Part shown: positions 27,940 to 36,593 of the stretch, in pieces | Layout of the letters: each line of letters begins with the position of its first letter | How positions within the stretch are numbered: position 1 is the first letter of the stretch | NCBI GenBank assembly: GCA_963789945.1 | Contig: CAWBMN010000008.1 | Location: forward strand, 131,144 to 195,143 | Length of the DNA: 64,000 bases | Direction of reading: 5' to 3' | DNA from: an uncultured beta proteobacterium | Lineage (GTDB): Bacteria; Pseudomonadota; Gammaproteobacteria; Burkholderiales; JACQAP01 | Notes under the pieces: generated by a model | Database searches by the model: none | The model's input: the letters and a program-made list of their open reading frames with translations, nothing else | What the model was told of the DNA's origin: nothing | Position numbers and translations under genes: made by a program

Positions 27940-30900
27940 TCGCGAAGCTCATCCGTTGGTCGATCGCCAATCGCTTCCTGGTGTTGCTCGCTACGCTGAT
28001 GCTCACGGCGTGGGGCGTCTGGTCGTTGTCGCGAAACGCCGCTCGATGCGATCCCCGATCTGTCGGACGTGCAGGTCATCATCCGCACGACTTATCCGGG
28101 CCAGGCACCGCAGATCGTCGAGAACCAGATCACCTATCCGCTCACCACGACCATGCTCTCGGTACCTGGGGCGAAGACAGTGCGCGGCTATTCGTTCTTC
28201 GGCGATTCTTTCGTTTACGTGCTGTTCGAGGATGGCACGGATCCTGTTCTGGGCGCGATCCCGCGTGTACTCGAGTACCTGAACCAGGTGCAATCGCGTC
28301 TGCCGCCGCAGGCGAAGAACCGTCCTCGGGCCGGACGCCACCGGCGTCGGCTGGATCTACGAGTATGCGTTAGTGGACCGCAGCGGCGAGAATGGACCTG
28401 TCGCAACTACGCGCACTGCAGGACTGGTTTCTCAAGTACGAACTCAAGGCCGTACCGAACGTGTCGGAAGTGGCGAGCATCGGCGGCATGGTGCGGCAGT
28501 ATCCAGATCGTGCTCGAGCCGGACAAGCTGCGCGCTTACAACATCCCGCATGGTAAGGTGATCGAGGCGGTTCAACGTGCGAACCAGGAAACCGGCGGCT
28601 CGGTGCTGGAGTTGGGCGAAGCGGAATACATGGTGCGCGCGTCGGGCTATCTGCAGATCGCTCGACGACTTCCGCAAGATTCCGCTGACGACGACCGATG
28701 CAGGGGTCTCGGTGCGGCTGGGTGACGTGGCGCGCATCCAGATCGGCCCGGAGATGCGGCGCGGCATCGCGGAACTGAACGGCGAAGGCGAAGTCGCCGG
28801 CGGCGTCATCGTCATGCGCTCGGGCAAGAACGCGCTGGAAACCATCGAGGCGGTGAAGGCAAAGCTGGAGCAACTGAAGCCCGGCCTGCCAGCCGGGGGT
28901 CGAGATCATCCCGACCTATGATCGTTCAAGCCTGATCAAACGGGCAGTGACGAATCTCGAACGAGAAGCTGATCGAGGAATTCGTCGTCGTCGCCCTCGT
29001 ATGCCTGGTGTTCCTGTTCCACATCCGCTCTGCCTTCGTCGCGATCGTCTCCCTGCCGCTGGGGGTCTTGGTCGCCTTCACCGTCATGACTTACCAGGGC
29101 GTGAACGCGAACATCATGTCGCTGGGCGGCATTGCGATCGCCGTCGGCGCCATGGTCGATGCCGCGGTGGTGATGATCGAGAATGCCCATAAGCACATCG
29201 AAGCCTGGAACCACGACGCATCCCGGCGAGACCCTGAAGGGCGAGACGCGCATTGGCGGGTGATTGGGGATGCCGCGGCTGAAGTCGGGCCGGCGTTGTT
29301 CTTTTCGCTGCTCATCATCGTGCTGTCGTTCATTCCGGTGTTCACGTCTGGAGGCGCAGGAAGGGCGCCTTTTCTCGCCGCTTGCCTTTACCAAGACCTA
29401 CACCATGGCGGCGGCGGCGGGCCTTGCGGTGACGCTGATCCCGGTGTTGATGGGTTACCTCATCCGCGGGCGCATCCCGGCGGAGCGGAAGAACCCGCTC
29501 AACCGCTTCCTGATCGCGCTCTATCGGCCGATGCTCGACACGCGTACTGCGCTTTCCCGAGACAACCACGGTTGTCGCCGCCGTCGCTGGCGGCCGTCGC
29601 CACGCTCTGGCCGGCTGGGACAACTTGGCGGCGAGTTCATGCCGCCGCTCGATGAAGGCGACCTGCTCTATATGCCTTCAGCGCTGCCGGGCATTTCCGC
29701 GGGCAAGGTAGCGGAGTTGCTGCAGCAGACCGACCGGCATGATCAAGACCGTACCGGAGGTGGCAAGCGTGTTCGGCAAGGCAGGCCGCGCGGAGACCGC
29801 GACCGATCCGGCGCCATTGGAAATGTTCGAAACCACCATCCAGTTCAAGCCCCGCGACCAGTGGCGACCCGGCATGACGACGGACAAGCTGGTCGAGGAA
29901 CTGGATCGACATCGTCAAGCGTGCCGGGACTGTCGAATATCTGGGTGCCGCCGATCCGTAATCGCATCGACATGCTGGCCACCGGCATCAAGAGCCCTGT
30001 TGGCGTAAAGGTGGCAGGAATGAGCCTGGCGGAGATCGATCGCATTGCCGCGGAGGTCGAGCGCGTCGTAAAGCGCGTGCCGGGCGTCTCGTCCGCGCTG
30101 GCTGAACGGCTGACGGGCGGGCGATATGTGGACGTAAAGATCGATCGTGATGCCGCGGCACGCTACGGCATGAACATCGCCGACGTGCAGGGCATCATCT
30201 CGGCGGCGATCGGCGGTGACAACATCGGGGAGACGGTCGAGGGACTGCAACGCTTCCCCATCAATGTACGCTATCCGCGCGAAGTGCGCGATTCGGTCGA
30301 GAAACTGCGCCAGCTTGTCGATATCTGACCGACCGCGGAGCGCAGATCCGGCTTGGCGACGTTGCGGCGATCCAGATCAACGACGGCCCGCCGATGCTGA
30401 AGAGCGAAAACGCCCGATTTCGGGCTGGGTGTACATCGATATTCGGGGACGCGATCTCAGTTCCGCGGTGCGCGACATGCAGCAGGCGGTGGCGAAAGAG
30501 GTGCGGCTCCCGGCCGGCTACTCGATCTCCTGGTCTGGCCAGTTCGAATTCCTGGAACGCGCGACGGCGAAACTGAAAATCGTCGTGCCGGCCACACTGC
30601 TCATCATCTTCGTGCTGCTGTACCTGACCTTTCAGCGCGTCGATGAAGCATTGCTGATCATGGCCACACTGCCGTTCGCCCTCGCGGGCGGCATCTGGCT
30701 GCTTTGGATACTCGGGCACAACGTCTCGGTGGCCAGCGCGGTAGGGTTTCATCGCGCTCGCCGGCGTGGCGGCGGAGTTCGGCGTGATCATGCTGCTGTA
30801 CCTCAAGCATGCCTGGGAGGCGCGCCTGGCCAAGGGCAAGACCAGCGAGGTCGATCTGCTCGAAGCCATACGTGAAGGCGCCGTGCTGCGGGTGCGTCCC

Positions 30901-31130
30901 AAGGCGATGACCGTAGCGGTGATCATCGCCGGCCTGTTGCCGATCATGTCGGGACCGGCACCGGCTCGGAGGTCATGCAACGCATCGCCGCACCGATGGT
31001 GGGCGGGATGATCACCGCACCACTGCTGTCGATGTTCGTGGTGCCGGCGGTGTATCTGCTCTTGCGTCGGCCGCGCGGTTTGCGCATCGCGCATCCGGTC
31101 CAGACAGCAACGGGCCATGAAGCCGCGTGA
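27936..31130 (+). pseudogene. cusA: HME-RND Cu/Ag efflux pump CusA, interrupted by about 22 frameshifts as sequenced
   Basis: CusA homology runs continuously but hops among all three forward frames, through ORFs 27936, 28069, 28373, 28577, 28947, 29008, 29264, 29739, 30216, 30394 and 30766. Start MIAKLIRWSIANRF, end ...[10 protein letters not shown]..., stop at 31128. Confidence 0.9.
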
Positions 31131-31366
31131 TGTGCGACTGCCGGACGGCCATCGGCTCAACCGCCGCCGGCTGATTGAGGCTTTGCCTCCTCAGAGACCG
31201 GAACCGGACTTGGGAACACCTGTCAACCTTTCATCCTGTTACGCAGGTGGATGCGGACGAGTATATTTGCAGGGAAAGCGCCCAGCCTACTCGAGGGTAT
31301 CGCGTTAAATGGCAGCTTCGTAACCATAATGTAGTGTTATCAACCAAACCGCCATAGGAGTGAAAA

Positions 31367-31645
31367 ATGAACGATAGCAAGCGAAATGCAATGAAAGCTC
31401 TCTCGGGTGCGGCACTTGCAATAACCGCGGCCGGATTGTTCCTGGGCGGTACCGCGGCCGCCGTTGCAGCGGATACGAAGGAAGCAAAAGTGCAATGCGC
31501 GGGCGTCAACTCGTGCAAGGGCAAGAGCGACTGCGCGACCGCCACCAGCGCCTGCCACGGGCAGAACGCCTGCAAGGGCCAGGGATGGGTGAAGATGACC
31601 GAGAAGCAGTGCCTCGAAAAAGGCGGGAAAGTGGAAAAGAGCTGA
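31367..31645 (+). CDS. bufferin-type (DUF2282/BufA-like) Cys-rich secreted peptide precursor
   Basis: AGGAG RBS. Sec signal ...[10 protein letters not shown]. The mature ~57 aa carry 6 Cys in [13 protein letters not shown]...[12 protein letters not shown]...C, with a Lys-rich tail. Confidence 0.55.
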   Translation: MNDSKRNAMKALSGAALAITAAGLFLGGTAAAVAADTKEAKVQCAGVNSCKGKSDCATATSACHGQNACKGQGWVKMTEKQCLEKGGKVEKS

Positions 31646-31674
31646 AACCGATTTAGCAGGCGCTCGCAGCAGGC

Positions 31675-33201
31675 TCAGTCCGCGGCGAGCGCCTCGGCTT
31701 CGATTTCGGCAAGCTGCGGCACCGACAGTTCGATGCCGAGCTTGTTCCAGTTCCTGATCTCGTCGCGCAGTTCGGCCGCAGTGAGGGGGTTCGCGGCGAG
31801 CCAGCGCGCATCCAGCTCGACGGTGAACGTGCTCTTCTTTTTCGATGCATGGATCGCCGGCAGCCGCACTTCGGAGTGGCTGCGATGCATCAGCGCCGCC
31901 AGCCGCAACGCGACCAGCAGTGTCCAGTCGGCGTCCTTGGCGACCATCCCGCGCAGCTTGTCGAGCGAACCGCGGTGCGCCAGCACCAGCAGCGACAGGT
32001 GTGCCTGTTCCATCTTGGAGAAACCCGGCATGTCGGCGTGGCCGATGATGTAAGCGGAGTGCTTGTGGTATCCGGAATGCGCTACGGAAAAACCGATCTC
32101 ATGCAGGCGCGCCGCCCAGGACAACATCTGCATCGGGTACTCGCGTTGCGCCTTGTCGCCCCCCGCCAGCTGCTCGAATAGTTTCAGCGCCAGTCGTTCG
32201 ACCCGATGCGCATGGGTGGACTCGACGTGGTAACGCTTCATGAACTGGCGCACCGTCAGTTCGCGCATGTCGCGACGATGCGCCCGGCCGATCATGTCCC
32301 AGAGGATGCCCTGGCGCATCGCGCCGTTTGCGAGCGCCATGTGTTCCACGTCGAGTTCAGCAAAGATCGCGCTCATGATGGCGAACCCGCCGGGCAGCAC
32401 CGCAACCCGGTCTTCCCGCAATCCCGGCAGATCCGATTTAGCAGCGTCGCCGGCCTTGAGCAGTGCGCCGCGCAGACGCTCCATGCCTTCGGCGGTGATT
32501 CCCGATTCGCTCCAGCCATTGGCTTCAAGAATGTCTCCGATCGAACGCGCGGTGCCGGAGGAGCCGACCGCCTGCTGCCAATGCTTGCGCGAGAACTGCT
32601 TGCGGATCGTTTCCACTTCGATGCGGGCGGCCAGCTCCGCTTGTTTCATGCTGGACTTGCCGATCCTGCCGTCGGGAAAGTACCTGAGGCTGTAGCTGAC
32701 GCAGCCCATGTACAGGCTCTCGAGTTTATGCGGCTGATTGCCGGCACCGATGATGAATTCGGTGGAGCCGCCGCCGATGTCCACCACCAGACGCTTTTCC
32801 GGAGCAGCCGGCAGGCTATGTGCGACGCCCAGGTAGATCAGCCGCGCTTCCTCGCGTCCGGCCACGACTTCGATCGGGAAGCCGAGGGCGGCCTCGAACC
32901 GGGGCATGAATTCGCCGGCGTTCTTTGCCACCCGCAGGGTGTTGGTGCCGACCGCGCGCACCGCGCCTGGCGGCAGTCCGCGCAGGCGTTCGCCGAAGCG
33001 TTTCAGGCATTCGATCGCGCGCGCCTGCGCCGCATCGTCGAGGTGCTTTTCGGGGGTCAGGCCGGCGGCGAGCCGTACCGGCTCACGCAACGAATCGAGG
33101 GGATAGATCTGGTCGTCGACAACGCGTCCGACCTGGAGCCGGAATGAGTTGGATCCGAGGTCGACTGCCGCAATGGTCGGGGGCGTTTCCATCACGGCCA
33201 T
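31675..33201 (-). CDS. ppx: exopolyphosphatase (Ppx/GppA family)
   Basis: 508 aa, IAAVDLGSNSFRL..., DIGGGSTE, and a C-terminal HD-like region. Confidence 0.93.
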   Translation of the reverse strand: MAVMETPPTIAAVDLGSNSFRLQVGRVVDDQIYPLDSLREPVRLAAGLTPEKHLDDAAQARAIECLKRFGERLRGLPPGAVRAVGTNTLRVAKNAGEFMPRFEAALGFPIEVVAGREEARLIYLGVAHSLPAAPEKRLVVDIGGGSTEFIIGAGNQPHKLESLYMGCVSYSLRYFPDGRIGKSSMKQAELAARIEVETIRKQFSRKHWQQAVGSSGTARSIGDILEANGWSESGITAEGMERLRGALLKAGDAAKSDLPGLREDRVAVLPGGFAIMSAIFAELDVEHMALANGAMRQGILWDMIGRAHRRDMRELTVRQFMKRYHVESTHAHRVERLALKLFEQLAGGDKAQREYPMQMLSWAARLHEIGFSVAHSGYHKHSAYIIGHADMPGFSKMEQAHLSLLVLAHRGSLDKLRGMVAKDADWTLLVALRLAALMHRSHSEVRLPAIHASKKKSTFTVELDARWLAANPLTAAELRDEIRNWNKLGIELSVPQLAEIEAEALAAD

Positions 33202-33226
33202 TTTGCCTCAAAAATACTTTGAAACA

Positions 33227-33388
33227 CTCACCGCAAAGACGCAAAGGACGCGAAGGAAAATCACCTCACCCCCCGCCCTCTCCAGCAAGCTGGAGAGGGT
33301 GCCCAAAAACTACACGATCGTGGATCAGCGCGTTTCCATCACCCTCTCCACCCGGTTGTTGGGGGGAGAGGGATGGGGTGAGGGGGGC
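33227..33388. repeat. composite intergenic repeat: degenerate CGCAAAG heptad arm plus alternating GGAGAGGG..GGGGTGAGG units
   Basis: CTCACCGCAAAGACGCAAAGGACGCGAAGGAAAA lies at 33227-33260. A perfect 11-bp palindrome, CCCTCTCCAGC-aa-GCTGGAGAGGG, lies at 33276-33299. A second hairpin pairs 33342-33349 with 33365-33372. A long-range inverted repeat pairs 33261-33283 with 33365-33387. Confidence 0.75.
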
Positions 33389-33437
33389 GCTCTCTGCGGT
33401 AAGCGTTATGGGTATGGTGTGATGCCAGTGCCGCCTG

Positions 33438-34145
33438 TCAGCCCATGACCTCGCGCTCGATCTCCTCGAGCGTGACGTGGCGCACGTCCTTGCCCTTGAC
33501 CATGTAGATCACGTACTCGGAGATGTTCTTGGCGTGGTCGCCGATACGCTCGATCGCCTTGGCGATGAACAGGATCTCGATGGAAACCGAGATGGTGCGC
33601 GGATCTTCCATCATGAAAGTGATGAGCTGGCGCAGCACGCCACGGAACTCCTCGTCCACGTGCTGATCGCGGCGCACCACTTCGGCGGAGGCTGCCAGAT
33701 CCAGCCGGGCGAACGCGTCCAGCGACTTGCGCAGCATTTCCAGCGCGATCTGCGACATGCGGCGGATTTCCACGGTGCGCGGCTGCTGCAACCGGTCGGT
33801 GGAATAGATCAGCTTGGCCATGCGCGCGATCTTCGCCGCCTCGTCGCCGATGCGTTCCAGGTCGGTAATGGTCTTCACTACCGTCATCAGCATGCGCAGA
33901 TCGCCGGCCGCCGGCTGGCGGCGGGCGATGATGGTGCTGCAGTCTTCGTCGATGCCGACTTCCAGACCGTTGACCATGTGGTCGTTATTCTCGACTTTGG
34001 TGCAGAGCTCGAGGTCGCCCGAGATCAGGGCATCCAGTGCCAGCTTGATCTGCTCTTCCACCAGCCCGCCCATGTGCAGCACGCGGGCGCGCACGGCCTC
34101 AAGTTCGGCATCGAACTGCTTGGATGTATGTTCAGAATTGGCCAT
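33438..34145 (-). CDS. phoU: phosphate signalling complex protein PhoU
   Basis: 235 aa with two PhoU repeats, each with an E(R/A)IGD motif. Confidence 0.93.
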   Translation of the reverse strand: MANSEHTSKQFDAELEAVRARVLHMGGLVEEQIKLALDALISGDLELCTKVENNDHMVNGLEVGIDEDCSTIIARRQPAAGDLRMLMTVVKTITDLERIGDEAAKIARMAKLIYSTDRLQQPRTVEIRRMSQIALEMLRKSLDAFARLDLAASAEVVRRDQHVDEEFRGVLRQLITFMMEDPRTISVSIEILFIAKAIERIGDHAKNISEYVIYMVKGKDVRHVTLEEIEREVMG

Positions 34146-34217
34146 TACCTCGAACCCCTTTCCGCACCGCGCACCGGCAAATGTCCCAGTGTACGTCCGT
34201 TACATTACAAAAAAGTT

Positions 34218-34877
34218 TCACCGTGTTAGCGTCCTCACTCCGTCCCGGGTGGCAAGGAGCAGCACATCGGCGCCGCGGCGGGCAAACAGCCCGTTCGCCA
34301 CCACTCCGACGATCTGGTTGATTTCGCCCTCCAGTGTCACCGGATTGACGATGGCCAGACCGTGCACGTCCAGGATGATATTACCGTTGTCGGTGGTAAT
34401 GCCCTGGCGCAATTCCGGAAGCCCCCCCAACTTCACCAGCTCGCGGGCGACATGGGAACGCGCCATCGGGATCACCTCCACAGGCAGCGGATACGCACCC
34501 AGCACGTCCTTCAGCTTGGATTCGTCGGCAATGCAGACGAATTTGGCCGCCACCGCCGCCACGATTTTTTCCCGGGTCAGCGCACCGCCTCCGCCCTTGA
34601 TCATGTGCAGATGCCGCGTGACTTCGTCGGCGCCGTCCACATAAACGGGCAAGTCGTCGACGGAGTTCAGTTCGAACACCCGGATCCCCGCGGCCTTCAG
34701 CCGGGCGGCGGTTGCCTCCGAACTGGCCACCGCGCCTTGCAGCCGCCCCTTGATTCCGGCCAGCTCTGCGATGAAGAAATTCGCGGTCGATCCGGTGCCA
34801 ACGCCGACGATGCAGTCTTCCGGCACGTGCGCGATCGCCGCTTTCGCGACCGCCTTCTTGAGTTCGTCCTGAGTCAT
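34218..34877 (-). CDS. rpiA: ribose-5-phosphate isomerase A
   Basis: ATG at 34877 ([18 protein letters not shown]...GVGTGSTA...DGADE...[11 protein letters not shown]), 219 aa. Confidence 0.93.
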   Translation of the reverse strand: MTQDELKKAVAKAAIAHVPEDCIVGVGTGSTANFFIAELAGIKGRLQGAVASSEATAARLKAAGIRVFELNSVDDLPVYVDGADEVTRHLHMIKGGGGALTREKIVAAVAAKFVCIADESKLKDVLGAYPLPVEVIPMARSHVARELVKLGGLPELRQGITTDNGNIILDVHGLAIVNPVTLEGEINQIVGVVANGLFARRGADVLLLATRDGVRTLTR

Positions 34878-35001
34878 GGTCCTGCAGCGTCTGAAACTGC
34901 CTGTCAAGCATAGCGTCAACGCCTCATAGGCACAAATTAAGATATCCGGTTGCGCCCGTTCGTTCCCGGCTGTTACGCTCGAAAGAACCTTGGGAGACGC
35001 G

Positions 35002-36515
35002 ATGAAGACCGATTACCTGGAAAGAATCCTGACTGCGCGCGTCTACGACGTTGCGGTCGAAACTCCGCTCGAGCTGGCTCCGGCACTGTCGCGCCAGGCT
35101 CGGCAATACCCTGCTGCTCAAGCGCGAGGACATGCAGCCGGTGTTCTCCTTCAAGCTGCGCGGCGCATACAACAAGATGGCTAACCTCAGTGCTGCCCAG
35201 CGCAAACGCGGCGTGATCGCCGCCTCGGCGGGCAATCATGCGCAAGGCGTGGCGCTGGCGGCAAATCACCTGCGCTGCCGCGCCACCATCGTCATGCCCG
35301 CGACCACGCCGCAGATCAAGATCGCGGCCGTGGCGGCGCGCGGCGCGCGGGTGGTGTTGTTCGGCGACTCCTACGACGAGGCCTACGCGCACTCGCTGAA
35401 GATCGCCAGGCGCGAGAAGCTCACTTTCGTGCATCCCTACGACGACCCGGACGTCATCGCCGGGCAGGGCACCATCGGCATGGAAATCCTGCGCCAGCAC
35501 GGCGGCCCGATCGACTGCCATTTTCGTTGCCGTCGGCGGCGGCGGTTTGATCGCCGGGATCGCGGCTTACGTCAAGCGCCTGCGTCCGGAGATCCGGATC
35601 ATCGGCGTCGAGCCGGTCGATGCCGACGCGATGGCCCGCTCCCTTGCTGCCGGCCACAGGGTAAAGCTGGCGCAGGTGGGGCTCTTTGCCGATGGCGTCG
35701 CCGTCAAGCAGGTCGGCGTCGAAACCTTCCGTCTTTGCAGGGAACTGGTCGACGAGATGATCCTGGTGGACAACGATGCCATCTGCGCCGCGATCAAGGA
35801 CGTATTCGAGGACACCCGCTCGATTCTGGAACCCGCGGGCGCGCTCGCGATCGCCGGTGCCAAGGCGTACGCCGAGCGCCGCAGGCAGAAAGGCCAGACC
35901 TATGTCGCGGTCGCATGCGGGGCCAACATGAACTTCGACCGCCTGCGCTTCGTCGCCGAGCGCGCCGAACTGGGCGAGAGACGCGAGGCCATCCTGGCGG
36001 TGACGATCCCCGAGCGCCCCGGCAGCTTCAAGCAGTTTTGTTCGCTTCTGGGCGCGCGCAACGTCACCGAGTTCAACTATCGCTATGCCGATCCCGCGCA
36101 AGCCCATGTGTTCGTCGGCGTGCAGGTGCGCGACCGCAATGAGACCCGCAAGCTGATTGCGCGGTTGCGCCGCAAGAAGCTGCCGACGCTCGATTTCAGC
36201 GACAACGAGATGGCCAAGCTGCATGTGCGCCATCTGGTGGGCGGCCGCGCGCCCTCGGTCGAAAACGAGAGGTTGTACCGTTTCGAGTTCCCGGAGCGCC
36301 CGGGAGCGCTGATGAAATTTCTCGACAGCATGAGTCACGACTGGAACATCAGCCTTTTCCACTACCGCAATCACGGTGCCGACTACGGGCGCGTTCTGGT
36401 GGGAATGCAGGTCCCGCCGCGCGACCAGGCGGCGTTCCGCAGATTTCTCTCGCAACTGGGCTATGCGCACTGGGACGAGACCCGGAACCCTGCTTATTCG
36501 CTGTTTCTGGCCTAA
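35002..36515 (+). CDS. ilvA: biosynthetic threonine ammonia-lyase (threonine dehydratase), carrying two +1 frameshifts as sequenced
   Basis: GGGAGA RBS and ATG at 35002. Homology continues from frame 1 to frame 2 at about 35096, and from frame 2 to frame 0 at about 35516. The span is 1514 nt (504 codons plus 2 nt). PLP motif SFKLRGA. Two C-terminal ACT-like regulatory repeats. Confidence 0.85.
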
Positions 36516-36593
36516 ATCGTGCTCTATTTCTCCGGGCGTCCTTCTATAATTGCGAGTTGACCGCCTCATCCCTGCCGGACACCGATTGACGCC

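Noticed and set aside
27936-31130. Programmed ribosomal frameshifting or transcriptional slippage as an explanation for the cusA, ilvA and sucC frame changes
   Set aside because: There are about 26 sites with no shared slippery heptamer, mostly no homopolymer, no downstream structures, and mixed +1/+2/-1 sizes. Recoding at this density is unknown, so sequence error or decay is far more likely.
34146-34217. Pho box upstream of phoU
   Set aside because: No tandem CTGTCAT-like 7-mers with 11-bp phasing were found in the 72-nt spacer.
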